A stretch of DNA of 63,726 nt, the filler included, from Choristocarpus tenellus KU-1152 (taxonomy: Eukaryota > Protista > Phaeophyceae), in the NCBI GenBank assembly GCA_964200185.2. It is 10 parts of 10 records of this genome, joined end to end, with 100 filler letters (N's around TTAATTAATTAA, not from the genome) between each part and the next. Parts side by side here need not be neighbours in the genome. Positions count along the whole stretch, not along the records: positions 36,618 to 39,672 come from CAXNAD020022643.1; positions 39,773 to 44,744 come from CAXNAD020012323.1; positions 44,845 to 47,993 come from CAXNAD020021957.1; positions 48,094 to 52,020 come from CAXNAD020017099.1; positions 52,121 to 55,519 come from CAXNAD020020296.1; 5 more parts are not named here. The stretch is one strand, 5' to 3'. Shown one piece after another: positions 39,420 through 53,149 of this stretch. Every line of letters starts with the position of its first letter. The first letter of the stretch is position 1. The position numbers and the translations under genes were made by a program. The notes below the pieces were generated by a model. That model did no database searches. It saw nothing but the letters and a program-made list of their open reading frames with translations, and was not told the DNA's origin.

Positions 39420-39547
39420 CGGTAGACCCTCTTCACATCTACCTCTCTAGCGCCCTCCTCCAATGACCGCACCAGCATCAGGGGAAGCAGCTGTGCCACC
39501 AAGTGTTCCCCACCAGGCCTCTCAGCTACCCACCACTGCTCACACAC
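39420..39547 (-). CDS. NCAPG2: Single internal exon of condensin II subunit G2 (CAP-G2)
   Basis: AG|VCEQWWVAERPGGEHLVAQLLPLMLVRSLEEGAREVDVKRVY|GTGAG resembles the CAP-G2 segment LCxxWWxxxxxGxExLxxxxLxxLLxRSLxxxxxxDVxRL. Confidence 0.7.
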
Positions 39548-39772
39548 CTTTACATTTAGTGGCGAGGAGGGGGGGGGGGGGGGGGGGGGGGGGATTTTCC
39601 AAAACGGGGTGACTTGGAAACTTTTGAGAAGCAAAAAACTTTCTTTTCACTGTGTTGTACACACACAAAAAANNNNNNNNNNNNNNNNNNNNNNNNNNNN
39701 NNNNNNNNNNNNNNNNTTAATTAATTAANNNNNNNNNNNNNNNNNNNNNNNNNNNNNNNNNNNNNNNNNNNN

Positions 39773-39786
39773 CCCCCCCTCTCCAC

Positions 39787-39821
<35 letters not shown>

Positions 39822-39834
39822 GATACTTTGACCC
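39773..39834. mobile_element. MITE terminus (poly-C plus AGATACTTTGACCC) at contig start
   Basis: Same terminal motif as the other copies. Confidence 0.65.
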
Positions 39835-41410
39835 AAGATGGAGATTGCTTCGAGGCTTTTGCTCCTTTCGCATGCTGCTTTCACTGGCAGTTAGATAAAA
39901 CTTAGATTTGATTCACAGTGATGGCAAGAAGGCTTTCAATCAGGCGGGCTTGGAGGAGACTCTGTATATGGAATTACCTGAGGGGGTGCTGAAATTATAC
40001 GAGGCTGTGGAACTATTTAAAAAGTAGCTGTATGGGATTTCCAAGCATCTAGGAATTGGAATTTTCTACTGGCTATGGTGTTGCTAGAACTGGGAATGGA
40101 GCAGTCTGAGGCGTATCAATGAGCCAAAGTATCTTAGAGCATAGAGCTGTGTCCATTTGGGGACCAAAATGAAATGTTGTGATTTTGATGTAATTTGGCT
40201 ATTGTGTTTGTTAGGAAGTGTCAGTATCCTTGTTCCAGACACCTTTTTATAACGTATACATTTTACCTACTCCAAAACATCTTGGAGTAGGTAAAATGTC
40301 ATTAAAAAAGACTGTGGGAAGCCAAAAGGGTATACCCCCAACGGACAAACAGGGGAAAACTCGTACCCTAACCCTAAGATACTTTCACTCAATGCTTCTT
40401 CAGAAAGATTGAGGCAGGCAAGGTGGTAATGATGATGCTGTTGCAAGCAGATGACATGTTGATGGCTGAGGAACAGGGATCGGGTAACACAAATATTATC
40501 ATCAAGGGACTCAAGATGAGAAATTTCCTGCAGGTGAAACTGAGTGAGGTCAAAAATTTTATGGCATGCAGGATAGGCAGACAGGAGTACAGGGAGACAC
40601 ACAGTGGACCAAACCTCGTGCGTTGGTGAACTAGCAGAGCAACATGTTACTGACCCAACGAGTGAGTTACCATCAGTGATGAGGAAGGAGCACTTGCAGG
40701 GATCGGTTCCAGATGGTTACAGGTCACTAATTGGCGGTATATAGTGGGTTGCGATTATCTGTATATGACAAGATATGATGTTTCATTTGTTGTGCAAGAA
40801 CAGGCATCTCATGTTGAAGACCCTTCCTTGACGGACTGATTGAATGCCGAGAGAGTCATAGGGTACCTGTTAGGTACCAGAAATCATGGCATTACTTTTC
40901 ACAAGTTTGAATACTATGGGGATGGACCCAAAGACCAACTTGTGGGCTATGCAGATGCCGATTGTGCAAATCACAAGGTGACTAGAATATCTGTATCTGG
41001 AGGTGTTGTGATGTTTGGGGGAGGATGCGTTGCCTGGTGGTTCAGGAAACAGAAGACTATTGCACTGTCGACTGCAGAAGCTGAATGCGTTGCTTTGCGT
41101 GAGCTAGGGAAGGAAGTCGTGTTTCTCAACAAGTACACGAGCTTCTACAATCAATCGTGGAGGAATAACAAGAATATCCAATTTCCTGTGTTTGAGGATA
41201 ACAATGGCGTTATCAAAATAGCTCAAAGGTTTTGTCTGAGGGAAGAACTAAACTCATAGACATTAGGTACCATTATGTCCAATAGCTATAGAAGGAGAGG
41301 AAAGTGAAGATTGAATATGTACCTACCAAATTCCAACATGCAGACCTTCTTACTAAGGGTTTGTCCAAGGAACTCTTCGAAGGGCACGCAGATATCACTA
41401 TGGGTACCGT
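39835..41410 (+). mobile_element. Ty1/copia RT plus RNase H remnant (pseudogenised), interrupted by a MITE
   Basis: RT-like DLIHSDGKKAFNQAGLEETLYMELPEG. RNase H LVGYADADCAN...SVSGGVVMFGGGCVAWWFRKQKTIALSTAEAECVAL, FEDNNGVI, IDIRYHY, IEYVPTKFQHADLLTKGL. Stops and frameshifts are present. Confidence 0.92.
40121..40390. mobile_element. MITE family A (270 bp) inserted into copia RT
   Basis: Termini GAGCCAAAGTATCTTAG...CTAAGATACTTTCACTC. Removing it and one copy of the duplicated AAT restores the RT reading EQSEAYQCFFRK. Confidence 0.88.
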
Positions 41411-44400
41411 GTGATGTGATGAGCTACGTGTTGTGATTGTTTGAAGTTCCACAAGAAATTCAAAGCAGGGGCGAGTTTGTCAAAATTATGCTTTAAATTC
41501 ATATGAGAAAATATCACTAAGCAAACAATCAGTTGTTGGATAATTAGAGAGCTACCGTAGAACTGTTGGATAACGGTTGGATATACCAACAGATAGTTGG
41601 CAGCGATCTTTCAGTTGAGTGACTAAGATAACAATATCCAGGTTGTTGTAGGATCATAAGAAGAATTCTAGAAAAGGAATGTTGAGGAAAGTAACACACA
41701 TTGAGTGATGAGTTATTAGCAATCAGGGATGAGTGAAAGGTCTGCCACCCCCTCCACTTGGATGGTGTTTCTCACTCCAACTTTCTACCTACTACAACAT
41801 GGCATGTGGAAGCATCCAGAACCCCCACCTCTCACCTCATCAAAGCTTTCGTATAGCTTAAAAGCAATAATGATAGCGAAGCAACCCATCCATACTGTCC
41901 CATACTTCAAGTTAAAATGTTCCCAGTCGTGCTTAGCTGGATTGCTTGCTTTGCACCCCAGCCTATACATAGAAAAACCCCAGGCACCCCCCCCCCCCCC
42001 CCCCCACCCCCCCCCCCCCCCCCCCCACACAAAACTATACCAAGCAAGAGAAGAACGCAAAAAAACAGAGGGAGGGGGGTGGGTACATCGCAGAATAAAT
42101 GGATTAGGAAGGCAGGGCGGAGGAAAGGTGACAGTGATTCTTATCTGGTGCCTATATGTAACCATTACTGAGAATTTCAAACCAACATCTCAAGGGGTAA
42201 GGAATGTACAACTATAGTACTGTGGTTGTGAGTCTAATAGATCCATTGGGCTTGAAACAGAGGACAGGTTGTTCAACCAACTTAGGAGCTGTAAGGTCAA
42301 ATTTTTCCTATTAATAACATCTTCAACTGCACTACCTCGTGAACGTTGATCTGACTCTAGTGTCTACCATACCTTGCTGAGGAGAGGAAGTGGGGGGGGG
42401 GAGAGGGGGAGGATGGAGGAGTAGCAACTAACATAACTATGTCAATTTATATGCAGCATTTGTCTGTCCAAGGATATACATCGCTGAATCTTACAGTCCA
42501 AATTTTATACTTCAACCGCATAGATGTTTGTGCTGCATTGAGAACAACCTACTCCTCAGTTGTTGTTTTTTAACTGACACCTAGAACAATCAACATCCTC
42601 AACCTAAGAAATGAAAATGGTAAGAAAAAAATGCGGCATATTATTATTTTTATTTTTTTCCTGGAGAAGAATTGAAACTAAAAACTGCTTTTAAGCAAAT
42701 TCATTTTTGCTTGTTTGAAAAAAATCAAAATTTATATTACAATTCTTTTCAAGTTGCGAGACGCATTTTTTACACAATTTATAAATTATAAATGCCACTT
42801 ACTTTGTTCAGCATGGGTTCAAACAGGTTACAGGGTGGTTTGTGTCTGGAAAATTAGAGCAAAAAAACAAAAACCCTTTACAAGGAGATCTGTTGGCAAC
42901 CCTGTGTCATGGGGCATTGTAACACTCCCACAAAAATCAATATCTGATACCATACTGGGCATTAATAGCATGCCCTGCAAACTGTTCGAACTCATGCTGA
43001 ACAGAGGAGGTGTAATATTATTGGATATCAATAATAGGGAAGGAGGAAGATGCCAAGAGGGGGGGGGACAATTATTATAGAGTTACTGGAGTAGCACAAC
43101 AAACCATTGATTTGATCGCAGGTGCAGTAACAGGCGCCACCAAAGTCATCCCACCATATACACAACCCCAATCCTAAACCTGAGCCTAAGGGAAAGGGAA
43201 TCATCACCCTAACCCTGTATCTAAACCATAGGTTATGATGTGAGGTTGAACAAAGGGGATGCACTGGAAAGACGAGTATCTCACTTGAGACTCAACCCCA
43301 AGATTAGATCACAGTCATGGCTCCTCAAAGGGCCCACACTGCAGGGGTGGGGGTGGGGAATAAGGGAGGAATCTATCAAACCTAGTCTTAACTCTCTCAG
43401 CATGTCACTTCGGTAAACTACGTCATAGTGTGGACGTACCGCATGGAAGTGCTCCCAGAAGCATCTTTCCCGTTGTTATCCAGGGTCTTACGAGGGGTGA
43501 TTGACAACATCATTCCGAGGAGGGTGCCAAGTCCCACCAAGACTGCTGACATCACCTGGCAGACAGGAGGAAGGGTAAAGGTGCGTGTACGAATGGTGCA
43601 TCACGGTTTCATTCTTGAACTGCTGCATTACGGTACAGTACTGTACAGTACCGTACAAAGTGCGAGAAGTACAAACACGGTACACTGCGTAAACTGCTTC
43701 AGGCGGTTACACAAAGAGCAGGCTTGGCAAATCTTCCAGAGGTGTATACGGCGAGGTGATCAATCATTCCAGTCAGAAACTGCCAAGGAGTGAAGGGAAA
43801 AAACGAATGTCCAATGCTTGAATGTGATATATGCAGCCTGGAAGGTTAGAAGATCAGAGAAAGTGCAAAAACCAGTCTGCATCATTAATATTGCAACTTA
43901 TATTGCAGACAAATTATACAGGAGTGTAAGGGAGGGAAGCCTGCAACAAGTGGCAGCCACAACAAGCCATGCTGGTTACTGAAATTTACGAACGACAAAT
44001 CTAAACTCAACATGGTCCACTACTGGAACCTTTAGACTGTCCAACATCTCTATACTTGGTATCATCAATTATACGTAGCTAAGTCTACTTTGGGGTATTG
44101 ATGGGTCATATTAAGACAAAATGACTGCACTGTTCGCAGTAAGGGTTCCACTTACTGTCCAATTGTTGGTTACGCATTGCTAGGGTCAACAAATGTTGTT
44201 GCTGATGAGCTATTACATGTCTAAACAACATGGTTTCAGACCTCTTAACTAACACTTGACAACGAGGAACAACCCGATCAATACACAACACCATTGAACT
44301 CCTCACAAATAACAGGGTCGCTTAAAGTGACAACGACGTTGTGATTCGTTGGTCAAGTTCCAGACAGGTAACGAGGAGAACTCGCCAATCAAGATCATAC

Positions 44401-44844
44401 TGGTGCATTGTTTGTCGAAGTGGAAAATAAGGAAGGAGTTCAATGCCAATTAGTCTTATACGTACAAAATCCCCTTTCGTCCAGGTTGTCTGTAGTCGAG
44501 ACATGCTATAAAAAAGGTTGACTATGCTGAGTACAGGAAAAACGGATGGATTGGGGACTCAAGATTTACAAACACAAGAGAATGTACACCAGGATCACAA
44601 GGCAGATTTCCCTGGAAGGGCGGTCTCAACTCTATTGCACCCTTCGTGGAAAGGAACTGAAGTGGACCTCAAACCTTTTATAATGCACTATATCGATATA
44701 GAAGAGTACAATGATTCACAATTGCCGTGTCAATCTCCTGTATGNNNNNNNNNNNNNNNNNNNNNNNNNNNNNNNNNNNNNNNNNNNNTTAATTAATTAA
44801 NNNNNNNNNNNNNNNNNNNNNNNNNNNNNNNNNNNNNNNNNNNN

Positions 44845-44905
44845 CCTTAATGGATACCCTGGTGTCGCCCCCCCCCCCCCTCGTGCCACCCAGATACTTT
44901 GAGCC
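44845..44905. mobile_element. End of MITE family B (contig start)
   Basis: AATGGATACCCTGGTGT...C-tract...CCAGATACTTTGAGCC. Confidence 0.75.
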
Positions 44906-47039
44906 AACCCCTTCACAGTGCTTTTTGCTGCTGTCCTTCTGTTCTCATCGGGGGAGAGCATGTGATTGCAGAGGTGGAAGAGATGGAATCAAAGATGAAA
45001 CTGCCACAGAGGGTTTTGATGGTATATATATATATTATATATATACACATCATTTTTTAAGAACACTTCAAAGGATGATTATGTTCCTTTTTTGTGTGAA
45101 CACATGGTAGCTAGAGAGAAGGCAGGGTTGTGAGCGTTTTTGGTGGGCGTGTGTAGGTGGCATGTTGTGTACGGTTTTTATCTGCCTTTCATGCGCTTGA
45201 GGAAAGGGCTGCACAAAGGGGATGTATAGGTGGCATATAACTGAGACGTTCCTGAGATTTGGAAGGCTCGCTACTCATAGAAGCTGATGCGGTGCACCTC
45301 TCGGTGTGAAGAGGGTCCTTTTTGAGCAGAGTATGCGCCAGGTGCATAATCAGACACAGACCAGACGTAACTGAACATTGCTAATACTGAGCTGTAGATT
45401 AACGCACGAGGGTCTCTGTCGCTCGCCACGGTACAGATTTTTCTCGTTTTTTTCAGTTGATGTGGTGTTAACACTAGTATTCAATGTTGTAGTGAGTTTG
45501 TTGAAGCTAATGTCAGAGATGCAGTCCATCCACAGTAGGAAGGCAGGCAAGCTGTCGTTTGCTTGAACACTGTAAAGTGGCTGGTGTGAGGCTCATGTCG
45601 GAAGGGTGATTTTTTTTATGTTGCTGGTTGCTACACTTGTTCTGATCGAGAGCGCGTGGGTTGCTTCATCCCCTCCCTGACTCGAGCTTGATGTTGATGT
45701 GAGATAGTGCGGGATCTCCAGAGGATATCCTCCCACTCTCTCTGGGTTTGGGGCGTGTTGATGAACAAGAGTCTCACTTTTTTTTTTCTTCTTTTAATGG
45801 TTGTGTCACTCAGACTGATGTATTCTTATGCTGTTGTTCCCTTCCATTGCATGGTGTTTTTTGGGGGGTTTTCTTATTGTTTTGAGAGGAGTTACAAGCC
45901 CGTACCTGCACATTGTCGAGATTGGCAATGAGTTCATTGTTCTTACGACCATCACGACATAGACTTAGTGGAGAAATGCATTATATTTTACTGTTTGAGC
46001 CCATGTGATCCAAAAGTTGCTGTCCTATGTTGTATGCTGTTTTCAATGGTGAGTATGTTGGATATTTTCCTCTATGTAACTGCGGTAAATATGGTTTGCT
46101 TGGTCAACATCGTATGGTTTAGTTTTGATTATTGTGTTTATATTGATGTGCGGTAAATGGCTTGTGGCCGCAATCAACTGTGCTTACTGAACAGGATGAG
46201 TCAAGGCACCGAGCCTTATCCTATGATAATGTGGGGTTTGGGATTGTCCGCCTTTGTTTCTTGTACCTCTTTTTCAGTGATGTGACTTACCAGGAACGGA
46301 ATACGTTCGTTAGGAAAACAATTGAGGAATACATCTGTTGGTATATGATGCCGTAGATCACAAATAAATACAATATACAGACTGTCCAGCACAACATTCA
46401 AATCGTAGATCCATCACTGGATTTATCTGTGTAATTTTTTTTAATGTGGTGTCCATCTGAACACAAAATCTTTAGAATCCAGAGTGAAGTCTCCCAGAAA
46501 TTGAAGTTTCTGGACCATTCGGTTCTGTGAAGGGAATAAAATTGGAATGTTCTGATGCATGATGTATTTTGTCACGGGTGGCGAGTTTGTTGAAAGATCC
46601 CCAATCACGCGCCGTGTCATGCATGTGTGTGCGTTCTGTTCGCTTTAAAGGCATATACCGACCTCACTCAGTGACGATTATGCCTGTTGTTTATTTGTCA
46701 TGTCCCCGTTTGTTGTGTTTGATGTGTTTGTTTTGTGTACCAGTTCTACTACTATTGAAACTTACCAGCAGTACTATGGCGACCACGCCCACCACATACA
46801 CTGACAACTACAAACACGTTATGATCCTTACATGCACTTCCTCTTCTTTTTCTTCTCCGCTCCTTCTTCTATGGTTGCGGTTGTCAACACCATTAATCCT
46901 AACCATTCAGAATCCATTATGTTCATTATTACTAATTTAGTAGTATTGCTGACCTTCAGCAACGACTGATGATATCAACAATAGATAGTAGTAATGCCAT
47001 TGTAGGAAGCCATTGCAACAACAATGAGAAGATCAATAG

Positions 47040-47295
47040 CACTGACTAGTAAGGAAGAACTAGTAGCAGTAGTAGTAGCAGTAATAGTGGTGGTGGTAGT
47101 AGTGTTAGCAGTGATGGCAGCGGTGGGGATGGTGTTGGTAGTAGTAGTAGTGATGGTAGTAGTGGTGGTGGTGGTAGTAGTTAGTATTAGTAGTAGTAGA
47201 AATAGTGTTAGTAGCAGTACTTAGTATTAGTAGTGGTAGTGGTGGTAGTAGCATGTTAACACCGGTACCACTGCTACTACTAACTACTACCAGTA
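47040..47295 (+). repeat. Degenerate (GTA/GTG/GCA)n trinucleotide low-complexity tract
   Basis: Direct reading. It produces the spurious poly-Val ORF. Confidence 0.9.
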
Positions 47296-47429
47296 AACAC
47301 GACTAATCTCACTGTAGGCAAGTACATCAGAACACGCTGTTAGAAGATGCGAGTTGAAGTGTTAGAGCACCAGCAGTACGTATTGTAGATGCAATAATGA
47401 TAGTGGCAATTGTAGCAGTAGAGTAGAAG

Positions 47430-47473
47430 CAGGCCAAATGGCCTCAGCTCTACCCTCTAAGATACTTTCACTC
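47430..47473. mobile_element. Solo terminal fragment of MITE family A
   Basis: CCAAATGGCCTCAGCTCTACCCTCTAAGATACTTTCACTC. Confidence 0.65.
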
Positions 47474-47837
47474 TTTGGAGATAATGTCAATGAGGGAGTA
47501 GTAAAGTAGATGGAGGCATCGTTTTTAACGTGGAGGACAACATATGAAGAAAGAGTCCATAATGCGAGAGAAAACGGCAAAAGATGATCAAGTGTTCTTC
47601 TCCTTGATGTAAATGGCCAAACTGGAACAAAACATGGAGAAGAGGGAGCAGTTGCACGCGAGGATGGCATCAGCAATGGGTAGGCTGGACATTAGAAAGA
47701 GCAAGCACAAAATGAAATATACGAGGTATACATAACCTACAATCAACCGCATACTTGAGTATTCAAACTAGTTTTTGAAAGTTACACATTATCGGTGTTG
47801 CTGGGGACTACATTTTGGATTAAAAGTATGCAGGACA

Positions 47838-47993
47838 GGCTTAAAGTATCTGGGGGGGGGGTCTACACCAGGGTATCCATTTGGCCCCTGACCAGTAAAA
47901 TTGCACTTACATTATCCATCTGACACATGCAACCAAATCACTCAAAAATTGCGATATGGAAAGATGGCCCCCAAATGGACAGCCGCTACCCCC
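47838..47993. mobile_element. MITE family B, opposite orientation, truncated by gap
   Basis: GGCTTAAAGTATCTGGGG...TCTACACCAGGGTATCCATTT...ACATTATCCATC...CCCCAAATGGACAGCCGC is the reverse complement of 1094-1271. Confidence 0.85.
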
Positions 47994-48178
47994 NNNNNNN
48001 NNNNNNNNNNNNNNNNNNNNNNNNNNNNNNNNNNNNNTTAATTAATTAANNNNNNNNNNNNNNNNNNNNNNNNNNNNNNNNNNNNNNNNNNNNCTCCCCT
48101 CCCCTCCCGTCCTGTCGGCAACCTATTCGATAATATATCATTTTGAACCCCTCTTCACCTCACCGTGGACATGGCCAG

Positions 48179-48719
48179 AGCAACATGGTGGACCTGGAGA
48201 AGGTGGATGCGTTCCTTGTTCGTCAGATGAGCAATACACAGCAGCAGCAGCTTCAGCAGCAGCAGGAGGCCTGGGGTCTCTTTACCATCATGCTTGTGCG
48301 CCAGTGTGTGTTTGAGCACCCACTGGCACTGGGGTCTGAGGCCAAGTCCTTCCAGGTGGCTACAATGAAGGTGTGTGATAGCTCTTCGCGGTCTGTGAGA
48401 GGGAATGCATCCGTTTTTGTCCTCAATTTGCGTGTGTTTTCAGGTCTAGTGTAAAATTTTGGCATGTTTACTGCTTTGCTTCTCCACAGGTGATACGTAT
48501 TGTGTGTGGTGTTGCTTGGTGAATCCCCTCGACTGTCCAATTTCCTGCTCTCAATTGACTACCATTCCTATGAAGTCTTCCTTGCCGCCTCTAGTACCGT
48601 CTGCACACACACACACATGTTTAGTCACGTTGTTAATTCACTTCTATTTCCCTTGGCCCCCCTCTTCTGTTGGTGATGATTATGTGCTGTGAAATACTGT
48701 TCAAATATTTGTTCTTTGT

Positions 48720-48751
<32 letters not shown>

Positions 48752-51645
48752 AAGTCGTTTGCAAAGTCCCTGGAGACTTTGAGTCAGATGGGGGAGAAGC
48801 GTCCCATGGTTGGGAGGCACTTCCAGCAGCTGACCTCGGAACTCCGTGTGGCAACACACCCAGACCAGGCCCACAAGGTGATCACAATATGGTTACAGAA
48901 TCGTTGTAGATTCTGATCAAACTCGCTGTCTATTGTAGAACAAACGGTCACATAGGATTCATAGGAAGGCGTGCCATTATTTGGTATGACGGATGGTGAG
49001 GATAGAATGTTCTCTCTCCACACTGGACAGAGAGGGTTGCGATGCTGTTTATCTCCTGCATGTACAAGGGGAGGGAAGGGTCGTAGGCTGCAGTGTTCAC
49101 CTCCCACCACTTGTGTGAGCCAGCTGCTCCTCTGCACTGTGTCTCCTCTATTGGAGTTTTTGCATGATGAAAAATTGTTAGATTACCGTTAGTTACGTTG
49201 TGATAATTCTATACTAGTGATCGTGCCCCCCTGCTGTTGATATTTTGTTGGTTATGTCTATCCTTTGAATTCTGACTCATTGTGGCTTATTGGTTTGATA
49301 TTCTGATGTGATCGCTATCGTGTCCTTAACTCCGATTGATGCCATACGCTTGATTGTTCAGGCTGCCGGGCAGATGCCAGGCGCATTGGCTGATGGGAAG
49401 GGTGGGGTAGTGTTGGGGGCAGGGGCAGGTAAGGCAGGTATGGCAACGCCTGGGCAGCAGCAGCGAGGCATGGGAGGTATGGGTGTTGGAGGTGTCAATA
49501 TAGCGGCCTCAACCAGTGCTGCAGCAGCAAGCAGGAATGACCCTGTGGGAGCAAGGGAAGAGGTGAATTGTGTTGAGAGTTTTGGGCCTGGATCTATACA
49601 TCATGAAATTTGTGTGCTCTGTGGTATGTCTAGATGTAGATGTAATACCGAGCAGCATATAGTTACATATCTCGAGTTTTGTTGAGGGAGTTAATACAGA
49701 CACGTGTGGTTCTGTATATTGATGTTTATAAGTGTGTGTGTGTGTGTGTGTGCCTGTCTTAGGCTTATCCTGCCCTGCCTCTGTCCTTGCATGTTTTGCT
49801 CGGTGTTGACCCTTAAAACCCAGGTGGCCCAGTTGCTGGAGTATTGGCTCCGCGTGTACAAGGAGAGGTTGTACCCAAGTGATGAGAAGACTCTGTCCAC
49901 GTACCTCCAGCTTCTACACCAGAGGAAGGCCCTCAACACGGATGAGGTCAGTTCAATATTTTGGAAATGAGTAGTCCTGTAGGTTGAACTGACAGCTGTC
50001 TTGTCCTCCCCTGTTTCTCTCTGTGCTCTGCATGCATGGTGCAGGTGGCATTTACTGTCCATACTAGTTCCTGTTCAAGTTTCCTTGGTGGTTTAGACTT
50101 TCTTGCATAAATGCATCTTTGCTATTGTAGTAGCCCTGTAGTAGCCCTGTAGCTGCGCGTAAGTTTTTAATCATGCATGTTTTACTATTTCTTATATATG
50201 TCCCTAAATCCCCCCCCCTCCCCCGCCCCTTTTCTGCCCCCCTACCAATGATCCTATGCCGAATCCAGGCAACTGAACGCTTCTTCCGTATTGCCACTGA
50301 ACTTGTGGTGGAGTCATGCCTCAAGAGTGCCAGGGCTGGGAGTGCAGCAACAGTTGGATGTGCAGAGGAGAAGGCTGGGGGTGCTGGTGGTGGTGGTAGT
50401 GGAAAGTCCCAGCCGAGCACGCACTTGACCTATGTGGTGGTTGACGCATATGGGAAGCTGCTGGTTATGTTGGTGAGTTATGACGAGGTATTGTGTGTAT
50501 TGTGCTGAGGGATGGATGTGGAGATCATGGGATGTAAGTATTGAGGGGAGTGGGGGAAGAGGGTGACAAGGAGTTTGTATATTATATATAGTGCACGTGT
50601 TTTTGTGAGTGGGGAGTAAAAATGTAACCCTAACCCTTAGATAGGTGGGTATGTGTGCTGTGAGTGGAAGAACTGTTGCCGTGTACAGTGAGTGACCCAC
50701 GCGATGTTTTTTGTTTTTAATTTTCTGAGTGAGTTGTTACACTTGTGTATTTGAGCACGTTTCGGTTGTGCCTGGATTCATTGAACCTGTTCGTGCCGAT
50801 TTTTTTTTGTGTGTAACTGTTGTAGACCTTGCTCATTGAACAACAACGAAAGAGTTGGACCTTTTGCTGGTTTCTCCTACCCTGTAAACTACTCATCCCT
50901 GGGGCTGTATGAACCCTACTACGAAGCAATGGTTGCCTCGAATTCTTCACTTTTTTTGTTTTCTAAAGCGTGTCGTGGGTCCACCCCCATTGTCCGTAGG
51001 TACGTTCAACAAAGTCAGGTGACCCTGCGACAGCCACAACAGGCAGACTGGCTATGCTCAACAAGGTCCTCAGCACCCTTGTTCGAGTCCTGCTCCAGGT
51101 GGGCACTACTTTTCCTTCTTTTTTTTTGTGCTTGAGATCACCCCACATTATTTCACTTTTACGCAAGATATTTTAAGAGTACTGCAGTGTGACTGTAGTA
51201 TATATGAGTGCAGTGGTTGGTAAGTCCCTAGTCTTACAAGGGGTGAACTCCCCTCCCCTCGTGCTTCCCTCTCTCTGCCATTGAAGCTGTCATCACCCGA
51301 AACGAAATGGATGCTACTTGTTTGTAAAGCTTCAGCTACTACCTTTTTTGTCTCATTTCTTGAGTTTCTACTGTTGCACTCTGTACTGCACAGCTGTTCC
51401 CCCCATGTACCTTTTACTGACATCTTTTTTCTTGTCTGTTTATGTGTCACGTATTGGGTGGGCCATTCTGGCAGGACTATGAATCTAAGAAGGCTAGTGT
51501 GACTTCATTTGCAGCGGCATCAGTGGGGGGTGGGGCTGGGGGTATGGGACTAGCGTTTGATCAGCGTCCGTACTTCAGGCTGGTACTGTGCCTCCTGCAG
51601 GATATGAACAGGCCTGACAGGTCACTGGATAGTAGCAATCTTCAG
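48179..51645 (+). CDS. CNOT1: CCR4-NOT subunit 1 (NOT1), seven internal exons: 48179-48370, about 48755-48877, 49362-49562, 49824-49946, 50269-50472, 51000-51098, 51475-51645
   Basis: GT-AG phase-0 junctions give ...DPVGAREEVAQLLEYWLRVY...TDEATERFFRIATELVVESCL...TYVVVDAYGKLLVMLVR...MLNKVLSTLVRVLLQDYE...FDQRPYFRLVLCLLQDM..., matching the start of the Not1 C-terminal domain (FxQRPYFRL, DAxxKL, LNKVL). Confidence 0.88.
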
Positions 51646-52120
51646 GTGTGTGATGGAATCAGTTTTTTTTTTAGGCCTGTAGTTTATTTGAACGTTGGTG
51701 ATGATTTGTCTATCATGCCGTTATGGGACAGTTGATAAATTCACTTTTATTTAGAGTGGCTGCATCTGATACAGTTAGAGATGAGATTATATACAGTTTT
51801 AGATATTTGAGTTTCAAAGGGTGTCATTCGAGTGAGTGTATGTACCATCTATTTTCAGATGTGGTTGAGGGTGGATGATAGCCTTGTGTATGTGCTTGCT
51901 GCACCTCCGATGAAGGGAATACTGGGTGCTTTTTTTTGGGGGGGGGGGGGAATGAGGGAACAAGCTGTATGGATACACTTTGCATTTATGAGGTAATGGC
52001 TATTTTTGGGGGGGGCTAAANNNNNNNNNNNNNNNNNNNNNNNNNNNNNNNNNNNNNNNNNNNNTTAATTAATTAANNNNNNNNNNNNNNNNNNNNNNNN
52101 NNNNNNNNNNNNNNNNNNNN

Positions 52121-52196
52121 AATCACACAAAAATCGCGACATGGAAAAATTGACCCCTAATGGACAGCCGCCACCTCCTCCCAGATACTTTGAGCC
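52121..52196. mobile_element. End of MITE family B (contig start)
   Basis: AAAAATCGCGACATGGAAAAATTGACCCC...CAGCCGCCACC...CCAGATACTTTGAGCC matches the reverse complement of 1094-1165. Confidence 0.8.
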
Positions 52197-53149
52197 TGAA
52201 AGTGTTGGGAAAATGGCGCATATTTGGTGTCTTTAGTCATGGAGGGTTTGGTCTTGTTTCAATGAAAAATGTGGCATATTCTGCATTTAGTTAGGGTATG
52301 TACTTGGCGCTTAGATTTAGATGGGACGGTGCGATGATGTTGCAAAAGTAACGTTTCTGGTGTCGACTGTTTGAGTGTTGCTTTTTGAAGTGCAGAATGT
52401 CATATCAATGTCGTAAAGAAAGTGAGATATCCTGGAGGGACGAATGCGCACTCGTTGTTGATTGTGTCCATATATATAGGGTACAAGGATCGCTGCATAT
52501 ATAAAAAATCAGACGTAGAAGAAGACGTGACAAATCCATTCTGTTGTGATGCTTATTTATTTGTGATGTGGAACATCCGCTTTTTAACACAGAGAGAGAA
52601 GCAAATTTTAAATTCCGACGCCAAAATTCTATTCATATATCTCAAAATACACCATGGCGTATACCAGTAGTCGTAAGGAGATAATTGACCAAGATGCAAA
52701 TTCTAAACGTCTAACAGTAAATCAGGACAGTAACCTAAGGTTAGGCAACACACGTTTATAGAAAACGAACGACATAGATGTAACACAGAATGTAATAAAT
52801 GAAAAATAAACTATCTCAACAAATTCCGACTTCAAATATGGTAGGACAGAATGTCCACGGGAAGCATCATGTACTGGGTGGACGAAGGGGGGGGTGACGC
52901 ACGACTACGAATTACAGAAGAATTGTAGCGTGTCCGACGTGCTGTGTCCTCCTTTTTATATTACGGTAATGTGGGACTCGTCCAGAACCAGGATTTTGGC
53001 TCGGCCTTAGACTCCGTACTGTATCGTTGTTCAAGAAGCTGGATATTTCGCACCTCGCCATTCTTCCGTTTCCCCTCTTACGGTAGCTGACTCGCTCCTT
53101 TCCCACTGGCTCCGTGTGTCCCGGTTGGTATTTGTTGACGGTCCCTCGC

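Noticed and set aside
41729-42217. Poly-Pro and poly-Gly ORFs
   Set aside because: They arise from a poly-C tract and show no recognisable domain.
47024-47224. Poly-Val membrane protein ORF
   Set aside because: It is a trinucleotide low-complexity tract.
48179-51645. All CNOT1 introns being phase 0 as a shuffling signal
   Set aside because: Phase 0 is the commonest intron phase and these exons are not repeats.
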